Assembly (NCBI GenBank): GCA_013265495.1
Contig: MU058781.1
Location: 11,513,009-11,577,008, forward strand
Length of the DNA stretch: 64,000 bases
Direction of reading: 5' to 3'
DNA from: Vicugna vicugna
Taxonomy: Eukaryota
Shown piece by piece: positions 1-12,189 of this stretch; position 1 is the stretch's first letter; each line of letters opens with the position of its first letter. Both the position numbers and the translations under genes were made by a program. The notes below the pieces were generated by a model. The model was not told the DNA's origin. It made no database searches and was given only the letters and a program-made list of their open reading frames with translations.

Positions 1-140
1 GAAGTAGAAATTTGGACACCTGCCAAAATTGGGACATCCTCAAAATGTACTTCCTGTTCTCTTCAAATATAGTAAGTGTGGAAGTTTAAAAATGGGGGAG
101 GGCATTACTGTTCTAGATTAAAAGAGCCTAAAGAGGAGCG

Positions 141-790
141 TTACCATATGATCCAGTAATCCCATTCCTAGCCATATATCCAGAGAAAACACTAATTCAA
201 AAAGATGCATGCACCCCAATGTTCATAGCTGCACTATCTACAATAGCCAAGACATGGAAGCAACCTAAATGTCCATTGACAGATGACTGGATAAAGAAGG
301 TGTGGGGCGGGGGTGTGTGTGTGTGTGTGTGTACCACTCAGCCATAAAAAAGAATGAAATAATGCCATTTGCAACAACATGGATGGACCTAGACATTACC
401 ATAAAGTGAAGTAAGTCAGACAGAGAAAGACAAATATCATATGATAGAATTTATATATGGAATCTAAAATATGATATGAAGGAACTTATTTACAAAATAG
501 AAACAGCTTCACAGACATAGAAAACAAACTTATGGCTACCAAAGGGGAAAGGGCAAGGGAGGGATAAATTGGGAGTTTGGGATTTGCAGACTAACTACTA
601 TATATAAAATAGATGAACAGCAAGGTCCTATTGTATACACAGGGAACTATATTCAATATCTTTTAATAAACCATAATGGAAAAGAATATGAAAAAGAATA
701 TACATATACATATATGTATAAAACTGAATCACTTTCCTGTACACTAGAAACTAACACAACATTGTAAATCCACTGTATTATAATTTTAGA
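141..790 (+). mobile_element. 5'-truncated L1 (ORF2 3' end + 3'UTR), artiodactyl type
   Basis: Canonical L1 3' motifs (TTACCATATGATCCAGTAATCCCA, AAGACATGGAAGCAACCTAAATGTCCA, GGATGGACCTAGA); degenerate TSD aaaagagcctaaagagg / aaaagaacctgatgagg. Confidence 0.9.
313..332. repeat. (GT)n microsatellite inside L1
   Basis: About 10 GT units seen directly. Confidence 0.9.
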
Positions 791-911
791 GAAAAGAACC
801 TGATGAGGCATGAGAACTAAATTAAACATGTAACCCATGGTTGGATCCTGTTTCCATATGCGTGTATATGCTATAAAGGCTATTAATGGGACAACGAGGG
901 AAACATAGACC

Positions 912-1175
912 TGTATTGTCCAATATGGTACCCACTAGCCACATGTGGCTATGAGGCACCTGAAATGTGACTAGTCTGAATTGTGATGTGCTGTAAGTAT
1001 AAAATACTGTATTTCAAAGATTTAGTATGAAAACAAGAATGCAAAATATCTTGCTAATAATTTTTATATTGATTACAAGTTGAAATAATTTGGATATATT
1101 AGGTTAAGTAAAACATTTTATTAAAATTAACTTCCCCTGTTCTTTTTACTTTTTTTGACGTGGCTACTAGAAAAT
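912..1175 (+). mobile_element. hAT-Charlie DNA transposon fossil (MER33/MER3-like)
   Basis: tgtccaatatggta.ccactagccacatgtggcta...tgaaatgtgactagt resembles the recalled MER33 consensus. Confidence 0.7.
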
Positions 1176-1204
1176 CCAAAACATCAAACATGGTCCCTTT
1201 TTAA

Positions 1205-1555
1205 GGCCTTTGTGGTTATTGCCTCTGCCTGGGATGCTCTTCCCAGAGATACACACATACCCAGATGACTCACCCCATCGGTTCCCCAGATCATCCTCAA
1301 ATATAAGTTTCTATTAGGCATTCCCTGACCACCCTCCTTGAATCTTGTAGTTTTTGCCTATCACGTCCCCCACCCCCAACATGGGCAATTATTATTCCTT
1401 TTCTGTCATACTATCTCCTCTTTCGAGGATATGAACCCTGTCAGGGCAGGGATTTTTATGTCCCTTTTTTTTTCACTGCTGTAACTCCATTGCCAAGAAG
1501 AGTCCCCAGCATATTCATACATTAAAAAAGTAAGTATGCAATAGATACTTGTTGA
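1205..1555 (+). mobile_element. L2 3' fragment (old)
   Basis: cctctgcctgggatgctcttccc...agggcagggattttt...caatagatacttgttg typical of the L2 3' end. Confidence 0.55.
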
Positions 1556-2035
1556 GACGTTAAGAGAACTAGTTTTTAACAAATATTGTTCCCTACAAAA
1601 GGTGTACTTAGAATTTTCTCAAAAATAAAAAAATATTTGTTTTATAAGAGATACTGCCCCCAGGAAAATCTCAGGGACTCTTTTTACCCTCAAGGGGCTG
1701 CTAGTGGATACCGTAACTCTGAAACGCTGCTCTAGGACACGCGGTTTGCAGAGATGCCGCTGATTCGGATCACAAGGCATCATCACAAAGTACGTAGAAG
1801 AGAGAACATAGAAGCTTATTTTCTAAACAGTGCAGGCTCTACGTTATGGGCACCAGCCGTTACTGCAGCAAGGACAACTACCCATGATGGAGTCAGTCCC
1901 TGGGCATCAGTGAGGCGTGCACGTAGTGCCTATCAAGATTTCTTCAATTAGAGTACCTCCTAACTATATTGTTTATGCAAGCTGGCATTGGGAAGACATA
2001 AAGTTAAGGCCTTTGGGTGATAGAGAAATAAATGC

Positions 2036-3616
2036 ATTGAGAGTGGCCAAGATTTGGGAGTAGGAAGACACTGAGCTCCATTCCTCACAAGCACATCTAA
2101 ATTAAAACTATCTGCAGAACCACCATGGATGAAAAAGACACGAATCTACCAGAACAGATCTACAAGTAAAGACTTAACGAAGGAACCACAAGATGAGCAG
2201 GAGGGGCAAATCCCTTTCCCCGCGGTGGGCGACCCACACACTGGAGAATAATTACCGAGGCCCTCCCACAGGGGTGACAGTTCTGGGCCCAACGTCAAGC
2301 TCCCCAGCCCGGGGTTCCGGCGCCAGGAAGACCAGCCCGCAGAACAGTCGGCTTTGCTGGCCAGCGGGGCCTCAGTGCTGGAGCCCCACAGGCTTAAAGG
2401 CGCACAGTGCACACAAACTCTCAGGCGCAGGGGGACCCAGGGCAAAGCAGTCATTTGACGGGAGCCTGGGCCAGACCTACCTGCGGGTCTTGGAGAGTCT
2501 CCCCGCGAGGCGGAGGGCGGCTGCGGCTTACCGGGGACACAGGCTCTGGTGGCGGCCACATCTGGGGGCCACAGGTGCTGCCACTGTGTGGGATCCTCCC
2601 TCCTCCCACTGGCTCGTTAGCGCCGGACCAGCCCCCACCCAACAACCAGTGCTGGGACGCCTCAGGCTAAATAACTAACTGGGCGGGGACTCAGCCCCAC
2701 CCTTCAGCAGAACTGCCGCCTAACGACTAAAGAGCCCACAGCTGCCTCTGGGCTCGCCCCCGAGCACCGCCCCGCCCACCCGAGGGCCAGGACCCAGCTC
2801 GGCCCACCAGTGGACAGGCACGGGGCCTCCCGCCAGGAAGCCTGCACAAGTCTGGAGACCAGCCTCGCTCACGTCTGGGGAGACAGCGGAAGCAAGAAAA
2901 CCATGATCCTGCAACACAGGCCAGGCCCTACCTACCCTGGAACCAGCTAGTCCCTGGCCCTGCCCACTACCAGGCCAATGCAACCTGCAGGACACCCCAG
3001 ACCCCATACCCAACTGTATCAGGAACCGACCCCCACCTCCCCCTTCCCCCTAACCCCCTCCCCGAATATCTGAAAGGAGCTCTGGGATCCCTGGGCCCTG
3101 CAGCTAGACTCCAGGAACCAGCTCTGCCTGCCAGTAGTCTAAAACCAATTCCAGGACCTGGCCTCACCTGCCAATAAGAGGGCAACAGCCTCAATGTCTT
3201 TCGGGCCCTGACTCCGCCCACCAGTGAGCCAGCGCTAGCCCAGGGGCTCCTTAAGATTCCACAAGCAACCACCCTGTGACTGGGCCCTGCTAAACAGCGG
3301 TCAGCAGCATCCAGCATCCAGCATCCACACAAGGCAACCAACCAGCCTAGGGGCCAACCAAGCCTACCAGCCTGCCCAGAGTCGGCCCTTCCCAACAGGA
3401 GGGCCCACACAGCCCTCTTAGGGAGAACCCCTGAGCGTACCCCTGAGCTTGAGTGACGGGAGCGGGGCTGCACTGCTGGGACACCTCGTACAGAGACCAC
3501 TTCTCCAAGGTCGAGAAACGTAATTCACCTACAATATTCTTAAAAATACCAACAGCAACTTAGACAAAATGAGGCGGCAGAGGAATATGTTAGAGACGAA
3601 GGAACAAGACGAAACG
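2036..3616 (+). mobile_element. L1 5'UTR plus start of ORF1 (3'-truncated), GC/CpG-rich
   Basis: Begins with the L1 5' motif ccaagat..ggagtaggaagac.ctgagctc; ends with the ORF1-like N-terminus ATG 3569 MRRQRNMLETKEQDET. Confidence 0.75.
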
Positions 3617-3819
3617 CTGCTCTTTTTTCTGCAATTAGCTTTACAACAAATCTGAGAAGTAAATATTATTATCCTCATAGAAAGATGAAGGAATTTCAAG
3701 ATAAGAATAAATTCAAGTTGAGAATGAGGTGTAGTGTGTTGTGTAAGTACCAACTCAAGAAGGGCATGTGAAAAAATACACCAGACTCTGAACGTGAGAC
3801 TAGTAATTCAAAAATAATT

Positions 3820-3825
3820 TTTATT
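3820..3825 (-). terminator. Polyadenylation signal AATAAA of the RIPOR2 long isoform
   Basis: tttatt on +; followed on - by a GT/T-rich downstream element. Confidence 0.65.
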
Positions 3826-4784
3826 TTAACTTAGATGATTGAAAGAGTGATGAATACAAATGCCACAAAACTAAAAGCACCCCCTTCAACCAAAAAATAA
3901 AATGCAGAAGTGAATACAAAAGATACGGACTTAATTACTCATGCAATATTCAAAAAATAAAAAAAAACCCAAACAACAAAACAAACAACTCTGTTAACAC
4001 TTGTGATTTGACTTTCTATAAAAAGAACTACTTCAGCCATTTAACAGAGACTATAGTCTATACATACTAACTATAGACTGTACAATGTACCTTTAAAATG
4101 AAAGATATATGCGTGTATATATAATATTTATAAATATACAAATATATGTACATTGTAACTTCACAGTTCAAAGAACTTATTTGCCAGGAAGCCCAACAAA
4201 CAATATTCACTTCAAAATGAAATAAGAGTTGTTTTTAAAGGTCTTGCTAAAATGCAAATATTTCAAATGACATCTAAATGATATTTTATACAAACACATT
4301 CAGAGAACAGTTGATATTCCACAGTTTAAATTACACTCAAACGTATTATTTTGATAGCCTGGCATATCCCACCTTGTACACTCTTAAGAGGAAGAAAAGT
4401 TATTTAATGAGAGCTACTGAATGGACTGTACTTTATTTAAAGGACTTGCTACCTGATACGGAAGCAGTAATGGAAGCTGTTGTTTTAACTGTCTGGCCAA
4501 GGGATCTTATCTAGTGATTTATTGTTTCTCTGGGGCAGTAGCCATCGTTCAGGGCATTCTTCTTCCCAACCTCATGGTAAGGACCACTTTTAATGACTCT
4601 CTGCTTTCAACCCATCAAGATTCCTCCAACTTCTATATTTTTCTACCTTAAGGAGCATCACAGCTTTCTGAAAACTTTTGATTTTGATTTGTCTTAGCAA
4701 CAAAATGCCTCTACTGTGAAAGTGTCATTAAAAAATGGCTCTTGTTTAAACAAAAAAAATCCCTTAAGTTTTGAGTATCTTCTT

Positions 4785-4870
4785 TTGGGCTGGGGGAGGT
4801 AATTAGGTATATTTATTTTTATTTCTTTATTTTTAACTGAGGTATGGGGATTGAAGAGCCACATGCTACA
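4785..4870 (-). mobile_element. Truncated tRNA-derived camelid-type SINE (tail half) in the 3'UTR
   Basis: gggggaggtaattagg tail motif plus gaggta.ggggattgaa. Confidence 0.75.
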
Positions 4871-4884
4871 CTTGGTTATATTTC

Positions 4885-4995
4885 TTTTTTCTTTCTTCTT
4901 TCTTTCTTTTTTTTTTTTAGGGGAGTTACCGGGGATTGAATCCAGGACCTCATGCATACTAAGCAAGCACTCTGCCACTGAGCCATACCCTCCCT
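4885..4995 (-). mobile_element. tRNA-derived camelid-type SINE in the 3'UTR
   Basis: Reverse complement GGGAGGGTATGGCTCAGTGGCAGAGTGCTTGCTTAGTATGCATGAGGTCCTGGATTCAATCCCCGG plus A-rich tail. Confidence 0.85.
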
Positions 4996-5662
4996 GCCTT
5001 GAACATCTTGTTTTAGATGAGTGCAAGTATAATCTTAATAAGGTGGTTCTTGGTCATCTACCCTTTTTTTTTTTTTTTACCGTAATGGAAACATGCCTTT
5101 GGAATTTTCAAGATTGACAAAAGAAACAAAAGCAATAGTGGAAGCTTGAAAAAATGAAATTGAAAAAAATTAAACTCTTACAATGTGTCCCTTCACCAGG
5201 TTCTGCAGGCAAAATTTTGTTTGAAGAAATCCTTTTTTGTACTTTACATTTAAGGTAAAACCAGGTAGCTAAGGGGGCCACTCAACCTGGAGAACACGAC
5301 AGAGGAAAAACTGCAAGGCGTATGATATTTATCAAATTATCACAAGACTATTTCAAGCTTATAGAAGAGCTTCCAAAAAGGTACAACGATGGCTGTTTTA
5401 AAATTCCATACATACTAGATAAGACGGACTCTTTTACTAAGTGTCCTCAGATGCAGTCAACAACGTAATCTACTGAAATATACATAGCCCTGTTCTGTTG
5501 GCTAAAGGAAAAGTAGATAGGTACTGTGAAACTGGACTTTGAATTCCTTCTGTAACATGTTAAATTTCCAGACAACTTCAACAGTTTCCAGCTAAATCAA
5601 AGCACCATCTTGGTTAACAGGGCCATTTATTAAGACAGCTGTTAGGCAGAGTTAACTGGCAG

Positions 5663-5763
5663 CTAAAAGGCCGTGGCAACTTCACTTGCGTGACGACCTC
5701 CAACTTTAACACAGTCTCGAGGAAATTTGTCCAGCTGTTCATAGGCCAGCCGCCCATCTTCTC
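5663..5763 (-). CDS. RIPOR2: RIPOR2 coding exon 22 (last; stop TAG at 5663-5665)
   Basis: [32 protein letters not shown]; atccag| acceptor. Confidence 0.95.
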
Positions 5764-7027
5764 CTGGATACAGAAATCAAAAATGAGTATCAGTTTGAAC
5801 TTAACTTTTTCATTCCTTGTTCAGAATAAGTTATTACCAGGTATTGAGGTATATGTTGCTATATTTTGCTAATGTTAACTTCAGGTAAGGAAAAGCCATC
5901 TTTGGTTCTTCTTACTCCTGTTGTTTTCTAGGTAGTGTTTAGAATAACCAAGAACTTTTGACCTAATGCTAGAGACTAAGAGAACACTAAGGGACAAAAA
6001 AAGTTCTAACTAATACTGTCCTGGGCACATTTTTAGGGAATTAAATAATTTCTGTGCCTAAAATAAGCCATAAGGAATAATCGTTTTATCCTTTAAACAA
6101 ACATACGTTGGCTAAGGTTTCTGTGCACTGAATGATATATTCAATGGCACAATTGAGCCTTATTCAGTTGGTAACTGCAAGAAAGGACACCAAATAATGA
6201 GTCTGGTTGTCACGGTGATTACAAATGCCGTGAGATTCTCTCTCACATTATTAAGCTGCTAGAGTTAAACTAGGGTGGCAGCTTTTTTCCAACTTGTATT
6301 ATTGACCAGATTACATTTGAGGACTTTCAGGAGTATAGCTTTTACACTTTAAGAGTACACTGTAGTAGTAAAATCATTCATAACAAGTATTTATATTTTG
6401 TATACAGGGTTTAAAAAAAGGCTCTCTCCACCCTCCCAACTCTAAAGAAAATAAATAAAGTATGAAACCTGCTAGGCATGAACCTTTATAGTGTGAAGTG
6501 AAGGAGAAAGGTTATTTGAATATTCCAGAATAAAATAAAATACTTCACTTCTTTTCTTTGGTGTCAGGGCTCAGGTGGGCATAGGCCCGCAGGGCAATCA
6601 GAGGTTAACCTGAGAGTCTGGGGGAGGCTATGGGATGTGTGGGATTAAGGCCTTTCCTGAGAGATGAATCCTTGCAACCTCAGCCAACTCCAATCAGCAA
6701 TCCAACCTGGACTCCTGACTACTACCTCTGCTTTATAGTTCAGTGTTTCTGTTTTTGATTCCAAATAGTGCACAGAGTGAATTACCCAGCTAGAAAGGCT
6801 CCAGAGAGTAACCTTCCCCCTCAACATCCAGACAGAAGAAGGAGCTGGGGTGAGATGGAGAATGATTAGTTCCTCATACTGTGTGTGTGCGTGTATAAGT
6901 GGAAGCAGATGGCCTACAGGTGGAAAATTGCCAAAACAGGGCACATGGAACTTCTCCTTACCAATCTGTTTGAGAGTGTCAGAAGTAAACACTCATGTAA
7001 AAAAAAAAAACAACAACAACAACTCAC

Positions 7028-7118
7028 CAAGAGACAAGAGGGTTTCTGAGGCCACATTCCTGATTTCTTCAGTATCAGACTGACACAATGTCACTAGCAT
7101 TTTAATGCTTTCAGTAGC
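7028..7118 (-). CDS. RIPOR2: RIPOR2 coding exon 21
   Basis: ATESIKMLVTLCQSDTEEIRNVASETLLSL(G); 91 nt; ttgtag| and TTG|gtgagt. Confidence 0.95.
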
Positions 7119-7559
7119 CTACAAGGAGAAAGTAGTTAAAACAGAGTTCTGACACTTATGTGTGGGATTACACGAGCCTTATCATTTCATAGCTGACGGG
7201 GACTTTAAAAACCATCTTACCCCGGCATTCCCGAACCTAGCTGAGTGTCAAGATCACTAAGGGAGCTCCTGTAAAAGTACGGATTCCGGGGTACCACTCT
7301 AGATGCACTGCATTAGACTTTCCTAGGTTGGAGCCCAGGATTTGTACTTGCAGGAGCTCTGGTGATCGGCGAAGTTCCTCGTTTCACAGAGGACGCCAGG
7401 CCTGGAGAAGTGCAGTGACCCGCCTACTTTTCCAGAATAGAATCCACTTGCCTAGTTCTTTCTATTGTATCTCACTCCTTCCAAAAATAGCTCTAATTTA
7501 AGAATTCCTAATTTTAGCTTCTAGAGTAAAACAGAGCAGGACAATAAGGTTCGAGGATA

Positions 7560-8600
7560 GGAATTCTTCTATTTGTATTCCACAAACACTTACTGAACAT
7601 TTTGTGAACCAGGCAGTTCATAGAGCCTGGGAGAATCAGTAATGAATATGACACGGTTGTGGCCCCTAAGAGTTTACAGTCTGGTGAGAAGACAGATTGT
7701 GAAACAAGTGAAAAAATTCTTACAATAATTGAGGCTGAGTCAAGGAATGCTAGGGCAGAACACGCCTGAGAAATGCAGCCTGGTCTGATCAGGGAAGTCT
7801 TCCTGGAGAAAGTGGTATCTTAGAGGAGTTAGTCAAATTTGGGCACTTTGTGGTAGGGGTTGTGTGTGTGTGGATGTGTGTGTGTAGTGTTCGGGGGGGG
7901 AGGGGAAGGAAATAATTCTAGGTCAGGGGAATAACTTGGTACAGGGCCCAAATTGAGGGGGGCCTTAAAAGCCACATGACAGTTTTTGGACATCATTCTA
8001 AGATCATGGAAAGCCATGTAAGGGTTTCAAGGAGGATTTGTATTTTATTACGAGCTTTCTGACTGCAGCGGAGAGGATGGACCACAAGGAGGCAGTGAGA
8101 CTGCTGGGAAGGTGGCTGGAATCCAGGTGAGCAGAATGGGGATAAAGAGGGAACAAATTCCCGCTACTAAGGTCGTGGGGTCCACGGGATGAGGAGGCTG
8201 TTGGATGTGGAGGATGAAGGCAAGGACCGGGTTACCAATGGCTCCTGGGAGCTACTGGGAGATGGATGTACAATCCACCAAGATACGGGAGAATAGAGGT
8301 GGGGGTGAGAGAGGTGGAGTTAGAAGTGACTTCCTGGGAGAGGTAACTAACAGCAAGCTGATCCCAGATAGGAAGGGATGGCCTGCACTGGAAATATTGG
8401 GAGTTATTAGCATATAGATAACAAGGAAAACCGCAGAAGTCACTGTTTCCCCAGGGAGGACACGCAGAGGGGGAAGGGGCCCAGCGGAGCGCCTCTAGGA
8501 ACACCAACAGGAAGGGCAGGTAGAAGGAAGGGAGCCTGCCACCAAATCAGATGTTCTTCCTGAGCTTGTGAAGAGTCGATAGTGGGTAACAAATTATGGT
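7560..8600 (-). mobile_element. L2 fragments (old, fragmented; boundaries approximate)
   Basis: attc.acaaacac.tactgaaca...ccaggca...ggcccc.aagagtttacagtctggtg.gaagacaga; ggaaagccat.taagggtttcaa. Confidence 0.55.
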
Positions 8601-9102
8601 TTTCTTTCCTGGGAGAAAATTAGGCTTCCGAAGTGGTGGTGGCACTGCTGGGTACCAGAAGATGGCAAACAGCAGTGAGTAGCGTGGATAGACTCTGGGT
8701 TATTTCAGCCCAATGAGATAGATGGGGGACCTAAAATTGAGAAAGCCACTGGATATGAGGACCTTGACCTCTCTGGCTTGCTTCCAGTTTGATAATAGAA
8801 AAGATAAATGTGGGATGTCTGCTTGCTAACATTAATTTGAAACAAATATTTTCCCTAGAGTTGATTGGTTTGGGTGGGTGAAATCATAAGTCTGCACATT
8901 TTTGCCTGGCACGGAGCCCCTTTTAGGAGCTGGGGGGCTGGGAATGGTTTAGCACCAAGGATCCTGCCTATCCCCCAGGAGAAAAGGGTAAAAGGGAGTA
9001 ACTGGTGCTCCCAGACTTGGGATATGCTGGAGTTTAAAACTAGCCTTTACTATAACCTTCACAGCATGCAAAGCCACAAAAACTGAAGTAGACTACTGTA
9101 TT

Positions 9103-9244
9103 ATTTTTTAAAAAAATTTTTTGGTGGGGGTGGGGAGGTAATTAGGATTATTTATTTATGTATTTAATGGCGGTCCTGGGGATTGAACCCAGGACCTTGT
9201 ACATGCTAAGCACACCCTCTACCACTGAGCTATACCCTCCCTCC
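9103..9244 (-). mobile_element. tRNA-derived camelid-type SINE
   Basis: Full head with A/B boxes and tail motif; TSD gactactgtat / gaccactgtat. Confidence 0.9.
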
Positions 9245-10003
9245 TGGACCACTGTATCCTTATGTCTTAATTTACATTAAGTCTAAGTCACAGCCATCAT
9301 CACTGATCTGTCAGTGTCCATCAGGAGAGCACCCAAATACACAGAAACCACCGTGGGGTCTTTTTGGTCACCTAAAGGTAATTTTTTGACTAAGTCACAA
9401 GGAAGGCAAATTTTCCCAGAGCTATTTTTCTTCATAGGTCATTAACTTTTTCATTTGAGGTATTAATCCCTTTCTTCATGTCCCATCAGGCCTCCCGGTC
9501 CCTGCCCTCTTGTCCCCTGCACCCATCCAAGATTTTAGCAAATCTTAAGGTGTGGCCTTTTCATTCTTTTCTCAAGAATCATTAGTCTTATATTTACTGC
9601 TTAAGGTCGGTCACATGTTAAATCTTGACTATAGAAAGGCAAACACTTTAATTTTGGTAATTCTCAGCCCCCTTTTTTTTTTTTTTTTCATTTACACCTC
9701 CCTGTGACACGGTTAAGATTGATGAGCTGCTTAGGAACTTAGGAAAAAAGAGTTCATGGGGAAGGATCTAGGAATTTATTGGCGTTCTGGATTTTGGTAC
9801 CTCCTGGCCAATTTGTTTTGGCCCTGCTATTTTTTGGTACACAAGAAAAATGAGTGAAATCATTGTGTCATTTCTCTCTTGGGATAAGAGACAATTCCTC
9901 AGTAGTGACTCAGAGGCAAACTGATTTCTGAGGGCTATTGAAAAACTGAATTGTTTTCTGCACTGTGTATTGTCTTTAACAAAACAAAGCCACATTTGGT
10001 GAC

Positions 10004-10058
10004 TATTTAAAGACAAAAAGGACTCCCAAAATATTTAAAGACAAAAAGGACTCCCAAA
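10004..10058. repeat. Direct tandem duplication, 28-bp period
   Basis: tatttaaagacaaaaaggactcccaaa twice. Confidence 0.9.
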
Positions 10059-10206
10059 CTAATATACAGTGTCAAGGAGAGGAGAAATGCTGCTAGAGCA
10101 AGTACTTTTGAATACGGAAAGAAAGCTGTTCTAGGTACCTGGCTTGGCCTCAAAGCCCAAGTCAGATCAAAGCTGACCTGACAGAGGCTCTGAGGCTGGG
10201 CCTTAC

Positions 10207-10290
10207 CTTCAGGCTTTTCAGGGCCAAGCAAGCTGCCTTCTGGAGCTGGAGGTTAGTCTTTGTCAGTGCTTCACAGTAATAGAGCAAGGC
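10207..10290 (-). CDS. RIPOR2: RIPOR2 coding exon 20
   Basis: ALLYYCEALTKTNLQLQKAACLALKSLK; 84 nt; tttcag| and AAG|gtaagg. Confidence 0.95.
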
Positions 10291-10468
10291 CTGAAAGAGA
10301 GGGAAGGACACGGCAAAGGCATTTTGATTTGTTTGGAGCTTCAGATGTAGATATCATTTTTACTCCCTGAGATAAACTACAGATAAAATGAGACATTTTG
10401 CACAACCTTCAGAGCAAAAAAAAAAAAAAATCTATTAAAATTCATGTTGATTAAAAGAGCTGTTCCTT

Positions 10469-10520
10469 TTTTTTTAAACTTTTTTTTTATTGAATTATAG
10501 TCATTTTACAATGTTGTGTC
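10469..10520 (-). mobile_element. Ultra-short L1 3' tail insertion
   Basis: poly(T) then tattgaattatagtcattttacaatgttgtgtc; TSD aaagagctgttccttt / aaagagctgtttcttt. Confidence 0.75.
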
Positions 10521-11129
10521 AAAGAGCTGTTTCTTTATTCAATTCATTGATGCCTTCTAGTCCATCAGGTCATGGACTCTGGGGAATATAAAGTTGGAAG
10601 ATACAATGTAATGATTCCAGCTTTCAAGATGGCCCTCAGGTCACCTAGAAATTCTGTTTAGAAGGAACCACACAGAAGAAAGGCATTCTTTACATAAGAA
10701 ATCTCCAAGGTGCTAAGTCACAGGGTTAAAAAAAAGTCACCTTCTGGAGGGCTAGGGCAGGTTTCATGAAAATGATGTTTGAACTGGATGGGAAAGGATG
10801 GGTTAGAGTTCATCTGGGACACTGGGGGAGAAAAGGGCCTCCGGCAGAACAGAAGAAAGAAGGAGGCAGGAAGTTCCAGGAAGAAGGTGGTGCTGAGTTT
10901 CACTCTGTGCAAAAATCTCTACATAAAAATAAACTCTCTTATTTTTATCAATCTAATTACTTCATAAATAGTTTGTGTTTCTTAGATTCCTCTCTTTTCC
11001 AGGGTCCCTGTCTTGTCAAGGTCTTGATTTTGTGCCTGGATCACTATCATGGCATTTCTGCTTCCAGGGACCTAAGGATTGGCGGGGGGTCCCTCCTTCA
11101 AGTGTGTGTTCCATCATTTCATGCCTTAC

Positions 11130-11332
11130 CTTTTCCCTGAAATGCTCGTTTCTGGAGGCTGCTGCCAAGTAAAGCATCACAGCCTCACTAACTTCACTGT
11201 CATCGCCAGTTAAGAGCAGAGCCAGAGTCCTGAGGATCTCCTGCTGGGCCGGGAGGCTGCTGGGCGTGAGGTCGCTCATGGCCTGGAGCAGTTTTTCATC
11301 TCTTAGTGACTGCAGAGTCTGAAGCATGGAAA
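11130..11332 (-). CDS. RIPOR2: RIPOR2 coding exon 19
   Basis: SMLQTLQSLRDEKLLQAMSDLTPSSLPAQQEILRTLALLLTGDDSEVSEAVMLYLAAASRNEHFREK; 203 nt; ctccag| and AAG|gtaagg. Confidence 0.95.
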
Positions 11333-12189
11333 CTGGAGAGTGAGGAGACAACAGAGTTCACCTTCTGACAGTTAAGTAACATTTTCATTAAAAATATGTC
11401 AGACTCAAGGATACACATGATAACAGACCCAAGGATATATGAAAAATTAGCACATGAGAAAGGCAATGTTTCCAATTAATGAGAAAAGGACAGATTATCC
11501 AAATAACTATATGAATGCAAAGGATGAATACAATGAGAAAAAAGTGAAGGTGGATCTCTAGCTCAGAATGGCTCCTAAAATAACTTACAGATGAATTAAA
11601 TAGTCAAATGGAAAAATAATAGTGTAGAAAACACCAGTAAGCACTTTCTCCAGTGGTGCTGGTAGAAGCAGACTCCACTGCCCCTCTGTCTTCACCTGCC
11701 TGGCAAAACCCTGACCCTGACCCTGACCCTGAGTGACCTCCAACTTGGCCGTCTGTCTGCACTCAGGCAACTGGACCCCGATGGAAAGTGCAGTTGGTCA
11801 GAGTATGAAGACAATATGATAAAAAAGAGGATTTAGAGTCCCATTTGGACAGATTGACCATGTTCCATGTACTCTAATCCCTAACTTACAAATGACAAAC
11901 ACATTAATGAAGGAGAGAAACTATACTGGAGTCCTAAATCATTTACCAGCTTCCTGTTAATGGTACACCCCTGCTGGATGACTGAGATGCACTTAGCAAA
12001 TCCTTGGTTCACTGCCAAGGGGCTTACTAATGTTAAAAGTCCAGAAATTATTTCAAAGGCAAATCTTAGCCCAGCTGTTGATTTGGGTAAAAAAAAAAGT
12101 TACCATCACTAAAAACCATGACCAAAAAGACCAGAGATCATCACTCCACATTGAGCCCCCACAAAGGGTGACCAAGGAATGCATCCCAC

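Larger units (their letters stand above)
3800..5662 (-). other. RIPOR2: RIPOR2 3'UTR (approximate end)
   Basis: AT-rich sequence after the stop codon, running to AATAAA at 3820-3825 with a GU/U-rich downstream element (TCTGGTGTATTTTTT) near 3770-3790. Confidence 0.7.

Noticed and set aside
2146..3500. Cluster of long GC-rich ORFs (137-177 aa) on both strands
   Set aside because: They lie within the GC-rich L1 5'UTR, where stops are rare; no recognisable protein and no splice support.
11711..11731. (TGACCC)3 repeat resembling nuclear receptor half-sites or telomere-variant repeats
   Set aside because: Three-copy simple repeat with no other support.
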